From Octopus vulgaris (lineage: Eukaryota), in NCBI GenBank assembly GCA_951406725.2, contig OX597820.1:93434001-93498000 (forward strand): a stretch of 64,000 bases of DNA, given 5' to 3'. The position numbers and the translations under genes are program-made. Positions 13,815 through 27,009 of the stretch are shown here, in pieces. Numbering within the stretch: the first letter of the stretch is position 1; each line of letters begins with the position of its first letter. Under the pieces are notes generated by a model that did not search any database, was not told the DNA's origin, and saw nothing but the letters and a program-made list of their open reading frames with translations.

Positions 13815-14170
13815 CAGGGGTTGGATAAAATATTAGAAACACCTAGTATCATAGCATCATAATTTTGAAATATCTGTAAAACCATCAAAAGCTTGTTTAT
13901 TTTTATGTTTTTTGATTTACTATTCGTGTTGCTTAATATGTTTTGCTAAAATTGCTGTTTCTTTTCAGATATCATCAGAAAAAAGTAATTAAAATTCATC
14001 AAAATGACAGATCTATCAGACTTTCAAAGAGGTCAAATTGTTGGTGCTCGTATGGCAGGTGCTAGCATAATGAAAACAGCCGAAATGTCTGGTGTATCAA
14101 GAAGTACTGTCTCAAAAGTAATGATAGCCTTTGAGAAAGAGGGAAAAATCACCTTGTTGAAACAAAACTC
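13815..14170 (+). mobile_element. 5' fragment of a Tc1-like element
   Basis: TA|CAGGGGTTGGATAAAAT terminus; ORF MTDLSDFQRGQIVGARMAGASIMKTAEMSGVSRSTVSKV, a paired-type HTH of Tc1 transposases. Confidence 0.85.
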
Positions 14171-14899
14171 CCTTCCCTGCACACATATCAACTCCATGCT
14201 ACCTGCACCCCAATCTCAATCCCACTATGCAAACATTTACTCCTTACACCATGAAGACACGCTATGCCTTGTCCAAGGGGAATAACTCTAGAAGAAATTC
14301 TGATTTTGTCCTATGGGCGTCTTCATTTCGGTTTTTTTTTTAAACTCTCACAAACCAGACGTGACACTGCCTGGCCTTCATTGGCTAAGAACCATTGCAA
14401 TATTCTTCCTACCATTCTTTCTGAATGGCTGCCAAGACTGGGTTTTCTCCTAACTTCCATGTGCAAAGCTGATTGGTAAAATCGGTTGAAATGGATCTAC
14501 AACACTGTATCGCATGAGATAACAGGATAACACCATTAGTAAGGATAGGTAGAGAAGTAGATGAGAAGAAATAGAACAAAATGCAATAAGTAAAAATAAA
14601 ATAAAACAGGATGATACAATAAAATAGACATATGAAAGAAAAGAAAATAGAGAAGCAATATGGAATAAAACAGGGGTCATAGAGTACATGGGAATTTACC
14701 AACACATCATGTATTGTATAAATATTAATATAGCCACTCTATTCACGAATATATGTGTCAGCTTCTCATGATTTAGGAATTTGTAACTGACTATATATAT
14801 ATATAGGTGCAGGCATGGCTGTGTGATAAGAAGCTTGCTTCCCAACCACATAGTTCTGGGTACAGTCTCACTGTGTGACTCCATGGGCAATCTCCGTGA

Positions 14900-15272
14900 T
14901 CCTGTTCTCACACATACATGGCCTCCTAGCGCACCAGATCTCAATCCACTGGACTATTACATATGGGGAATAGTTGAGAGATCAATAAATCAACAGCCTT
15001 AACATCATAACATCATACAATTTTACAGGTCAGCCATAACCAACGCTATGTCCGAAATTGATAAGTATAATCAGATTCAGATATGTCAATACTTCTGACC
15101 CCATATTGAAGCAGCCATTGATGCTAATGGTGGGTTCATGGAACAGGTGAGATAAAAGGATTCTCAAGATTATTTGTACAAATTTGTTTTTTAATGGAGC
15201 TTTCCTTTGATGTGCTATACATCTTTCTCTACATTCATACAAATGACCTCAAAAAATTAATGTACCTTGTAT
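14900..15272 (+). mobile_element. 3' fragment of a Tc1/mariner-superfamily element (D-terminated catalytic motif)
   Basis: WPPSAPDLNPLDYYIWGIVE at ~14918-14980. Confidence 0.65.
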
Positions 15273-15279
15273 ATACCTA

Positions 15280-16370
15280 CGAGATGGTACCCAAAAGAAA
15301 CCAGAATTTTGCAATATTATTTTATTCACTTAGTAGTTTTACATGTTTACACTTTTATTGCCATCAAAGTATTCTCCATTTGAAGTAATACATCAGTCCA
15401 GACATGTTTTGTCTCACATTGAAGAGAGAGCACGAAGGTGCACTGTCATGATGAAACCACCACTCTCCCCTTTGCCACTGGTCGGGGCATTTTCATTTTG
15501 ATGTGTTTCGCAAATATTTCAGAACTGCTGAATAAATTGTCTGGTTAACAGTTTGACTGGGAGAAACAAATACTGTGTGGACAATTCTTTTCGCATTGAT
15601 GAACAAAACAGCATTGCCTTGACATTGGACTTCACTTGATGCACTTTTGGGGGGCATGGTGATATCAAATGCTTTCACTGACTTGAATGCTGCTTCGTTT
15701 CCAGGTCATAAGCATAGCACCAGCTTTCACGACCAGTGATGACTATTTAAAAAGGTCTGGATCAATTTCCAACTGTTCTTTCAGTTCACGACATGCATTC
15801 AGTCATGACTACTTTTGATCTTCCATGAGCAAGTGAGGCACAAATTTTACAGCAACTCTTTTCATTTGCAATTCTTCACTTAAAATTCGTTAGCAGGAGC
15901 TCCAGGACACACCAGTCATATCAACAAGTTCATCAGATTTTCAGTGATTGTCCTCCAACATCAGTTCATGAATTTTCGTGATGTTTTCATTCATTCAGGA
16001 GGTCAACAGGCACCCTGGATGAAGTTGGTCTTCAAGTGACAAGTCGCCATTTCTAAAGTATGAAAACCACTCATGAACTTATGTTTTGCGCATGGCAGTA
16101 TCCTTGTAAGTTGTTTCAAGCATGACAACTGTTTTGGCTGCCGTTTTCCCCAGCAGAAAACAGAATTTCATGGAAGCACACTGTCCTTTTCTTTCAGTCA
16201 TCGCAAAAATCAGTGAACAGGTGAGAAGCACTGCAAAACAAAGATGCACCACATGGCAGTACTTCTTCACCCAACAATGCCGGTTAGCAGACTGATGCCT
16301 GAGGGTCACATCAAGTGACTTCTAGTAGTAGACGCCTGAACTACACTAGACTTGTCCCACAGAGAACATT
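15280..16370 (-). mobile_element. Decayed mariner transposase
   Basis: Minus-strand pieces MTERKGQCASMKFCFLLGKTAAKTVVML, VITGRESWCYAYDLETKQHSSQ and VHTVFVSPSQTVNQTIY; TA|CGAG terminus at 15280. Confidence 0.8.
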
Positions 16371-18573
16371 TCTGGTTGGTTGGTTGGTTGGTTAGTTGGT
16401 TGGCAGGCAGGTGGGCAGGCAGGCAGGCAGGTAGGTAGATGTAATGTGTGGCCAAAAGCAGCTTTCAAGTATACATGTACGTGAGTGCATGGGTGCATTT
16501 GCTTTAACTCTGTTCCTTTTACTACTGCTTTCCCACAATTTGATCTCATAGTTGCCACCAGAGCACTTCCTTTGCCTTTGTGATAGTTGTAAACTAAACT
16601 TCTACGTCAGTCAAATAGAACAAAATCTTGCTCTACGACCTCATTTACCATGGGAATAACTAGCACGTGTCCTACTTAACCACATATTTGCAGAATATAT
16701 TTCAGAGACTAACCCTGATGATCCAGCTACTTTCACTTTTACTACCTTCATATCTTTCATTTCATTTTCAACCATGTAGCTGTAGACTTGAACAGTTGGA
16801 GTTTCTGTTTGGTCAATTTGTGTTAGCTCCTTCCTCTCCTGCATTCTCCACAATCAGGAACCAACCTCTTGCAGTAACATTTTCATATTTTTTTCTTTCT
16901 TCGTAATAGCAAGTGGACCACTATTACTCCATACACACTTTATCTAACAATGCCGTGATTAGTACTGGCACAATATCTCGCAGTCAACAATATTTTTGCT
17001 CCTCTTGTTGCAGCACATAACCAAAGCTCTAAATTTCAGCCTCTCTCCAAGTGTGCTGTTACTATTCTTCACACTTCTTTCCAACATCAATTTTCTCCCA
17101 CACATTACCTTACAATCCTAGCACCTTAGAATAGTGGTAACATTCTTACTCTCAGTTTCTCCCATTTCTAAATGTACCTGACATCTATCTCCTCTTCTGG
17201 TAGCCAGATATTGCTCTTTGCACCCCTCCCATCTTTTCTCTCTGGACTTGTTCTTTGCTTTTATGACTCTATATACAATACCATTCCATAACCATGTCAT
17301 CTTCCGTCTGGCTAAAACCTTGCTTTAATTACTAATTAAGCGCGTGGCTTTCAGTAGGTTGTCTTATAGAAGGTTCCAGTTGTCCTTTGTATTACAAGTC
17401 TCTTTCTCCTTCTTTTCATCATGTGTCACTTAATACTTCTTTGACCTAACATCTGTTTAAGGGAGCTATCAGCATGCATACCTTCCTTCTTCAGGTTGCA
17501 TTGTATCTTTGAGTCCATCTAACACATTTCCTAATATCTCTACACACAACCATCTGTCTACTTTGTTTCTTGATGTGTGTGAAGTCTTGATGTGTTTGGT
17601 AGGTGATCAGGTGGCTATCATGATTCCTGAAGTTAGTTTTATAACAGGTTAGACCATTTGCACTACATAACTGCCAGAGCCTTAACTTCTCTTCATTCCT
17701 TGTAACATATCTACAGTTTTCATGCACGTCAAGGTATTACCAAACCCATTAATCCTTTAACATTCAAACTACTCTGTCAAATGTAATATTTATTTACTCA
17801 CATTGTTTTGAATTAATTATATACTATCTCATAGATTCAAGACTTTGATGATGTGATTGTTTACTTTGAGAATGAAATTGTAGGGTAAGTGTGAAAGACC
17901 AAAGCTGACTGGTTTGAACATAAAACATGTAGAATATTTGGGTTGAAATGGCCATTTTAAATGTGACAGGGGTAAAGTCAACTGCTGTGATAATGAGGCT
18001 GATATGATTTGTTATCAAGGTATTCTGAAATGATCTTTTAATTCAACTGTCAGTCCTAACTGTGTTGCCCATGCAGTGATCACTGTAAATATCATGTTAC
18101 CTATGACTTCTCTAAGATTAATTATCCTATCACTTATTCTCAATACCGCAATTACTTCAATTTCTCTGCCAACAAAATGCCTACTCCACCTGGCTTAATA
18201 TTGTTACCTGCCCCAAAGAGTTTGTAATTGTGTTCCTTGCCTGTGAAAAGCCAAGCTGAAGCTTCTCTCTATCTTACCTCTTGTACACAGCACACATCAA
18301 CTTGCCTCTCCAGACTACCTTTCATCATGCCAGTGTTCATGGTGGCATCCCTTAGGTTTTGCACTTGTCATGAAGTAGGGGCTTTCTGGTGATGGAAAGG
18401 TTGTTTGATGTCTGTTTTCTGCACCTGAAAGGAAGAGAGTTTGTGCAATCTTTTGATAATGGTCGAGAGGTTCTTGCACATGGCCAAATGTTCTCACCTG
18501 ACTACTCCATTTCCATGCACAGCACCAATATGGTAAGTGCTAGCACTGTATACATGATTAGTACTGTATACAT

Positions 18574-18612
<39 letters not shown>

Positions 18613-18953
18613 TATGTAAAGATACAGGCATGGCTCTATAGCTAAGAAATTCACTTCCGAACCACATGGCTTGAGGTTCAGTTCTACCGCATGGATGCTG
18701 TTGACTGAGGTCATCTATTAAAGCTATCAGTCAGCCAATACCTTTGACAGAAACAAAAGAACCCCACCTCTCTCTGCTTCTGTGTGTGTGTGTGTGTGTG
18801 TGTACGTGCACAAGTTTGAGTGAGTGACTTCATATTTTTCCTCATCTCCACATGCGTTCACTGACTGTAAACAAAAGCCTTACTGCTTTTGCTACCAATT
18901 GTTTGCTACCAATCCACTGCAAAACTGCATGCCTGTGTTTCTTCACATGACTT

Positions 18954-19191
18954 GACATTATTTACATTATTTACATTTGATGGATATTTGTCCTCATCTT
19001 GTTTGTTGTTAACACGTTTCGGCTGATATACCCTCCAGCTTTCATCAGGTGTTTTGGGGAAATTTCGAACCCGGGTTCTTGTTCCTAAGGTTATTATTAT
19101 TTTTATTGTTATTATTCAGGTCACTGCCTGGAATCGAACTTGGAATATTGGGGTTAGTAGCCCACGTTCTCAACCACTATGCCATATGCCC
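18954..19191 (-). mobile_element. tRNA-headed SINE-like element carrying a hammerhead-ribozyme-like motif
   Basis: Head GGGCATATGGCATAGTGGTT...AGTTCGATTCC (A/B boxes), internal AACAC-CTGATGA-A-AGCTG/CAGCC-GAAAC-GTGTT (19011-19053), tail (AAATAATGT)n. Confidence 0.7.
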
Positions 19192-19361
19192 GTGGGTGTA
19201 TGGCATAGTGGTTACAGCTGGATTCCCTTCCCAACACCAGCTGCTTTACAGAGTATACTAGGTGCTTTTTACATAGAAAAGATACATGGCAATCCTAGAT
19301 TTGATGAGGACCTGCAAGGAAGGTAAGTGTGAGATGATGGGTTGCCAAAGCACACACTCAA

Positions 19362-19746
19362 TGTCATCATCATCATTGTTCGACCGTGGTCGAGACAATG
19401 GAATTTACCATGCTACGCCAGACTTCACAGCATTACGGAGGTCCTGTTGCTGGATGCCTGTATCCCTGGAGATTACATCAGGGTAGGAGAGTGTGCGCCC
19501 TCTGGTATTGCGAGTGGATGGCTTCCAGAGGAGAAGAGTAGAAATTACTTCTTTTTCAGCTCTACAACAATGTCCAGCAAACTGGACTCTCCTACCTTTC
19601 ACAAGAGATGACACAGGTGGTAGTTTCCCATATATTTGCATTTTGGTTGGATGGCGCTTCCACGAGAGATTTTGAGCTCTCATAAGGAGGCGAGTGTAGG
19701 TTCCATCCAACCGCCTCTCAAGCTTCTTTGTACACTCAATGTACAA
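19362..19746 (-). mobile_element. RTE-type LINE 3' fragment (end of ORF2) with (ATG)n tail
   Basis: LERRLDGTYTRLLMRAQNLSWKRHPT...RRVQFAGHCCR...LLLWKP...RGR, the post-RT region of RTE/RTE-X ORF2. Confidence 0.85.
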
Positions 19747-19950
19747 GGTGAGTATAATGGAGAATACCTCAATAATTGCTTCTATCTGAGAGAGAGGGAG
19801 GGAAGGAGGGGGAGATGGAAGGGGAAGGAGAGGGAGAGTAAGGGAGAGAGGGAGGGAGGGGAGAATGGAAGGGAAATAGGGAGAGGGAGAGAGAGAGAGA
19901 GACTGACTAATTAAAAACGAATAGTTGAGACAGGTTTGTAATATACTTAC

Positions 19951-20025
19951 TGATCTAACGTAATAACTTCATTTGATTCTGTGTAACTGCGAGCAAGGCG
20001 TAGGGCTAGGTCATTGGCTTCAGAA
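19951..20025 (-). CDS. ETNPPL: ETNPPL-like coding exon (75 bp)
   Basis: tttag|T TCT GAA GCC...GAT CA|gtaag; SEANDLALRLARSYTESNEVITLD(H), completing the NSGSEANDLA PLP phosphate-binding motif. Confidence 0.96.
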
Positions 20026-20228
20026 CTAAATGAAAGAAAGAAAAACAATAATAATTAATGTTATTGTAATAAAAACAATAACACCCACACCCATATTTAT
20101 ATATTTCACTTAGGTGCAGCAATGCTAATAACCTGCTATTAAAACTCTATGTAAATAAGCATCAGAAAAAGCATTACTGAAATAATAGAGCATAATACGA
20201 AATTATATATATATATATATATAAATAA

Positions 20229-21490
20229 ATCAAAATCAAATCAAATCAAACCAAATCAAAATAGATGAACATCAATGGAATTTGTATCTTTGTGGTACCA
20301 GTACCGGTGGCACACAAGAAAACCATCCGAACGTGGCCGTAGCCAGTACCGCATCGAACTGGCCTCTGTGATGTGGGCACATAACAAACACCATCCGATC
20401 GTGGCCGTCCGCCAGCCTCATCTGGCACCTGTGTCGGTGGCACATAAAAACACCAACCGAAGACCCGGCAAGACTAGTCAGGCCATAACCCATGGCCCCT
20501 ACTTGGGACGTAGTCAGTCCACCTGTGCATACCTTCCTTCCTTCTTGTGACACTTGTGAAGACCTGTGAAGACCTGTTGAGGCAAGTGAAAATCAAATCA
20601 AAATAGATGAACATCAATGGAATTTGTATCTTGTGGTACCAGTGCCGGTGGCACACAAGAAAACCATCCGAACGTGGCCGTAGCCAGTACCGCATCGACT
20701 GGCCTCCGTGCTGTGGGCACGCAACAAACACCATCCGATCGTGGCCGTTCGCCAGCCTCATCTGGCACCTGTGTCGGTGGCACATAAAAACACCATCCGA
20801 AGACCCGGCAAGACTAGTCAGGCCATAACCCGTGGCCCCTACCTGGGACGTAGTCAGTCCACCTGTGCATACCTTCCTTCTTGTGACACTTGTGAAGACC
20901 TGTTGAGGCAAGTGAAAATCAAATCAAATCAAAACAAATCAAAATAGATGAACATCAATGGAATTTGTATCTTTGTGGTACCAGTGCCGGTGGCACACAA
21001 GAAAATCATCCGAACGTGGCCGTAGCCAGTACCGCATAGACTGGCCTCCGTGCTTTGGGGACGTAACAAACACCATCCGATCGTGGCCGTCCGCCAGCCT
21101 CATCTGGCACCTGTGTCGGTGGCACATAAAAACACCATCCGAGCGTGGCCGTCTGCCAGCCTCGTCTGGCACCTGTGTCGGTGGCACATAAAAACACCAT
21201 CCGAGCGTGGCCGTCTGCCAGCCTCGTCTGGCACCTGTGTCGGTGGCACATAAAAACACCATCCGAGCGTGGCCGTTCGCCAGCCTCGTCTGGCACCTGT
21301 GTCGGTGGCACATAAAATCACCCACTACACTCTCGGAGTGGTTGGCGTTAGGAAGGGCATCCAGCTGTAGAAACACTGCCAGATCTGACTGGCCTGGTGC
21401 AGCCTTCGGGCTCCCCAGACCCCAGTTGAACCGTCCAACCCATGCTAGCATGGAAAGCGGACGCTAAATGATGATGATGATGATGATGAT
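20229..21490 (+). repeat. Expanded family-C (RTE 3' UTR) insertion with ~341-bp and 62-bp nested tandem repeats
   Basis: atagatgaacatcaatgg restarts at 20261, 20603, 20944; gtgtcggtggcacataaaa recurs at 21113, 21175, 21237, 21299; ends in the family-C terminus and (GAT)n. Confidence 0.9.
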
Positions 21491-21573
21491 ATATAATTGC
21501 AGCGTGGAAGGTGTTTATAAGCCATTTAAAAACACACAAAAACCCTTAGATTCACTTCAACATTTAAATCTAA

Positions 21574-21624
21574 TTTGCCAAAATATTTTCGGCACTTTGA
21601 GACTGCGACCTGTTCACTGACAAA
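21574..21624 (-). ncRNA. Hammerhead-like motif with non-canonical core
   Basis: TTTGTCA-GTGAACAG-GTCGC..GTGCC-GAA-AATATT-T-TGGCAAA: 7-bp stem I, palindromic stem III, core GUGAACAG in place of CUGANGA. Confidence 0.4.
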
Positions 21625-22061
21625 ATTCTGTGCTGCAATTGTTTTTGTTTCAGCACACAATCTCAGATCAGGTCATTTGCTATGCAAGTACATCTCTGTA
21701 ATATATATATATAATATATACACACAAACGCACACATACATATATATAGACATACATGTATACATACATACATATATATACATACATACATATATATACA
21801 TATATCATCATCATCATCATCATTTAACGTCCATTTTCCATGCTAGCATGGGTTTGATGGTTCAACCAGGGTCTGGGAAGCCAGTAGGCTGCACCAGGCT
21901 CCAGTCTGATCTGGCAGTGTTTCTACAGCCGGATGCCCTTCCTAACGCCAACCACTCTGTGAGTGTAGTGGATGCTTTTTACGTGCCACCGGCACAGAAG
22001 CCAGTCAAGGCAGGGCTGGTATCAGCCACGTTTGGATGGTACTTTTTACGTGCCACCGGCA

Positions 22062-22116
<55 letters not shown>

Positions 22117-22270
22117 TATATACATACATACATACATACATATAGATATGTATATATACATACACACATACATATAGATATGTATATATACAAACACACA
22201 CATATACATATATATACATACACATACATATACACACATACATATATACATACATACAAATACAAGTATA

Positions 22271-22885
22271 ACATCTAATGAGGTTGGTGATTTTATGTGG
22301 CTATTCAAATTATATGTTTTAGCTCTTATTTCTAGCAATTGAAGGTGCTATTTTGCACCCTTATTTATGTATTTTACCATTTTGGTTTTTGGTTGCTTTA
22401 GCCACCTATGTTGTAATGTATTTAATATATCATAATATTAATTTATCATTATAATATCTTATTGTGTGTTTATATATACTCAAACCACTTTGAATTTTGG
22501 CACTCACTGTTCAACGGTTATTTTCCCTCATGAGCTAATGGGAAGTAAGCTATCTCTTTAACCTGGAGTAATTTGTGGATTCCCCTGGAGAGAAATGAAA
22601 CCTTATTAGTTAAATTTCAAAATCATTTGATAGGGTCTTATCAAATTACTTCATTCAGCAAGTTTTATCATGCTGGAGAAAGATGTTGCAGCTTGCCGCT
22701 TGCAGTCCCTTTGAACATCTCATGAGGTTGGTCATTTTGTGTGACTATTTGAGTTATATTTTTTAGCTCTTATTTCTAGCAACTTTGGACCCTTATTTAT
22801 GTATTCTACCTTTTTGCTTTAGCCACCTATATTATAAGTTATTTAATATATCATAATATTAACTTAGCATTATATCTTATTGTAT
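22271..22885 (+). repeat. Diverged direct repeat (~444-bp period) with a decayed hammerhead-like motif between the copies
   Basis: acatct.atgaggttggt.atttt...gctttagccacctat...tatcttattgt at 22271 and 22715; CCCT-CATGA-GCTAAT...ATTAGT-TAAA...ATAGGG at 22525-22635. Confidence 0.7.
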
Positions 22886-23747
22886 ATATATATACATATA
22901 TATATGTGTGTGTGAAGTTTTGGTTAGTTAAGATACGTTTGTGACATATTTCAACTGCTAAAAGGCAAATCCACTGCAGTTATTGTAGAGAAAATATTTT
23001 TCTTATAGTAAAAAGGCATGAAAGTACCCTATCTGTTCAGTGTCACCATCTATCAGGACTCCCAGACATCAATGCTTTGAGCTAGTTGGCTTTTATCAAT
23101 GGGCAGCACCTAAGAGAGGCAACTCTGAACATACCTTACAAAGCAATAACTTTATGTAAAACACAGTCAACAACATTGACTGATAGATCGCCCGATTGTG
23201 GAAATTGCCAAAAAGTTAGCCCCAAACAGTGTTTAGGCATATAAATAAACACACAGTTGTACAATAAACTTAATTACCTCCTCATTGCATTAGTATGTAA
23301 GTAACTGAAGATTCTATAAACACATATACCTTTAATGTAATTCCCAAATTATACTTACAGTTCAAAAGCCATACCTTAGAACTATAGGTATAACCCTCCA
23401 ATACGCTTCCATACAGTTTCCTTCTACTCAGTCTCATTCTCAATCTATGGTCTGACCCAAGGCTGTAGAAAATAATATATGCCCAAAACACCTTGCAGCA
23501 AAATGAAACCCAGGGTCCTGTTGTTGCAAAGCAAATTTCTTAACTATTTGGCCTGTATATCATTATTACTATTATCATTCTCCATCCACACAGTCTATCA
23601 ACAATTTCTGTCTACCAAATTCCATTCACATGCAGGTATGATTGAGTGGTAAAAGATTTGCTCCCCAATCACATGATTTCAAGTTCAGTCCCACTTTTAC
23701 CATAGACCTGAGAGTAGATTTGGCAAACAGAAATTGAAAGAAGCCCA

Positions 23748-23874
23748 TCATGCATGCATGCATGCATGCATGCATGCATGCATGCATGCATGCATGCATG
23801 TATGTATGTATGTATGTATGTATGTATGTATGTATGTATGTATGTATGTATGTATGTATGTATGTATGTATGTG
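23748..23874. repeat. Compound (CATG)n(TATG)n microsatellite within a family-A SINE remnant
   Basis: Direct reading. Confidence 0.95.
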
Positions 23875-24323
23875 TTTACGAGCATTCATGTGCGCGTGTG
23901 TGTCTTTGCCTTGATATCTAGTGATAGTTGTAAGTGAGTGTCACTGATATGCAAGTGGTGCCCTTCATTTCCATCTTCCATAGAAACATGTCTGGTCATG
24001 GGGAAATACTATCTTACTCGGAAATAGGTGAGGGTTGATGACAGAAAGAGCATCTAGCCGTAGAAAATCTGTCCCAACAAATTCCGTCTGACCCATGCAA
24101 GTATGGAAAAGCAGATGTTAAACAATGATGATGATAATGATGATGATGATGAAGATCTTGACCAACACAATTCTAAAGCCAAAGCTACATGTTTAAAATG
24201 CCATACAGTGGTACTGGACTCGGGATTGTGTGATGGCAGAGTGAACTTCTTAACCACAAAGCCACACATGCACCAATTTAATTCAAATAATATCCAGTGT
24301 GCATTTTTGAAACACCAAACTTA

Positions 24324-24524
<201 letters not shown>

Positions 24525-26360
24525 TTAGATAAATCTATACACACACACAACCATAGTTATACACATATAATATACATTTGGCCAAGAGGTGAGGATCCTA
24601 AAAAAATTCACATGACTCAGGGGCCTTCTTAAATTCCAAAAGAGAGATGTTTTGTTGGTGCACTCATAAGAGAAAATTTGCATTTGAAACATGGAATTCC
24701 TCACTTGCTGACTAGTGAACAGGAATCATACATACTTTTTCAGACACAACTAGAACAGGTCAAATGGAGATAATTCCATCTCACCCAGAAGGAGTTTTCA
24801 CAATCCTGACTGACCAAGACTGTATTCATACTTTCATTAGAAAAGAGGTTATAATCCTCCAGCCAACTGGTCTGATGTGCTACCTATATTGCTAAGAGCA
24901 TAACTGATGTGAAACCAATGGTAACGTTCATGACTGGCCCAAACCAACAACTACATTATACATAAATATGTGACACACACATACACACAGGGTCACAGGA
25001 AGATAAACAAAGAAAGTAGTGTTTGTATGTAGAAAGTGCACAGAAGCCATAAAGACTAAAGATGGAAAATGAATTTTCTCAAATGCCCAGGAGGCTGTAT
25101 AGTAGATCATTTCTGTTACCAAGGTGACATAATGAACAGTGGAGGAGGATGTTCTGAAATGTAGTTGCTAGAATAAGAAGATGGAGAAAATTCAGAGAGC
25201 TATTATTTCTGCTGGTAACAAAAAGTTTCTCTCTCCAAGTGAAGGGAAGATTGTATGATGCTTGTGCACAGAAAAGCAATGCTACATGGTAGTAAGACAT
25301 GGGACATGAATGTAGCAGACAAGCGAAGATTTCATGATGCAGAACTTTATGAATTACAAAGGACCAAGATGACTGGCAATTTGCTATGCCCAATAAGACT
25401 TGTCCATCAGAGCAGAAATGATATCCTAAAAACCACCTTGGTTATGCTAGTGCATGCAGGACCCTGCCCCTCTCCTCTTTCTCTGCCCATATCTCATCCC
25501 CGAAAAGCCATCACTTCTCTATCTATGCTACTGCTCAGCTGCTGTAATTACCTGTAAGCAGAATAGGGACATTACATCTCTTCTCTATAAATTACCTCCC
25601 TACCACCCCTGAACCATTTCATCTTTCATTAACATCCCTACTCACACTATTTCCTCTAACTCCCGTGCCTTTGGCCATTGCTTTCTCTCCTCTGTTATAC
25701 ACCATTTTTATCACTTCTCATATCTGCTATCACTCTCAATGCCTCTCACATCTAGCCTCATGCTCCACTTACCATAACCCACCACCACCAAGTTATTTCT
25801 ATACCACTCACTATATCTCACTACATTCACCTCTACCCTCATCTCAAACCATCTCTTCTCATATTATTATTATTATTATTATGAAATTTCCCCCACCACT
25901 GCCACCCTATCGTAATCCACTGTCTGTATCATCTCTTACCCCCACCTCATATCATGAGATGCTCCCACATCCCACAACCACTTCTGTCTTCTTTCCAGCT
26001 ACTCCCACTCAGCCTTATAAAATGCAGGGTAGCCTTGTATATCTATTGCAAGATATCCAGGCTCCCTCTTCCATCACACTCTTTTTCTGCCCTGTTCTTT
26101 TCCTGCCTTACAAATTTCTTAGCAACCTCACTAAAGCCAATAATACTAGTACACTTTGTAAAAAAAAAGAAAAAAAACAAGCACCCAATACACTCTGTAA
26201 ACTGGTTGGCATTAGGAAAGCATCCAGCCATAGAAACCATGCCAAAGCTGACACTGGAGCTCAATGCCACTCTACGATTCAATGGATCCTGTCAAACTAT
26301 CCAACCCATAGCAGCTTGGGAAATGGACATTAAATGCTGATGATAATGATAACACATACA

Positions 26361-26523
26361 GGTGCAGGCGTGGCTGTGTGGTAAGAAGCTTGCTTCCCGA
26401 CCATATGGTTCAGGGTTCAGTCCAAGAGTGTGGCACCTTGGGAAAGTATATTCCACTTATAGCCTCTAGGACTGTCCAAAGACTTGTGAGTGGATTTGGT
26501 AGACAGAGAATGAAAAATGCCTA

Positions 26524-26562
<39 letters not shown>

Positions 26563-26778
26563 TGTGTGTGTGTTTGTGTGTATGTGTGTGTATGCTTGAC
26601 AACCAGTACTGGTGTGTTCATGTCCCTCTAACTTAGCATTTCAGCAAAAGAAACCGATAGAATAAGTAATAAGCATTAAAGAGATAAGTACTGGGGTTGA
26701 TGCATTCAACTAAAAACTTCAAGGTGGTGCTCCAGTATGGCCGCAGTCTAATGACTGAAACGAGTAAAAGATAAAAGG
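26361..26778 (+). mobile_element. Family-A SINE
   Basis: Collinear similarity to 106-514. Confidence 0.8.
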
Positions 26779-27009
26779 TACATACACGCATATAACACAA
26801 ATGGCAGCATATTAAATATCATTTATAATAAATTCTTGTGTTATTGAAATTATCTTCACTTCCAGAGAAGGTAAGACAAATGCTTGGTGGCAATTGTGAC
26901 AAACACCAAATGAAAAAAAGCAAGATAATCTCAAGAATCAAAAATTTGTCAGAACTGAGATGCCATTAAGAAAAAAACTATCTGCAAACATGTGTTTCTG
27001 CCTCGTTAA

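Noticed and set aside
20246-21467. Multiple overlapping ORFs and a repeat-spacer appearance
   Set aside because: GC-rich tandem LINE-UTR modules; the 'spacers' are homologous to each other.
21575-22338. Long I/Y/H/T- or C/V/M-rich ORFs here and throughout the ORF track
   Set aside because: Translations of (TA)n/(CA)n/(CATA)n microsatellites.
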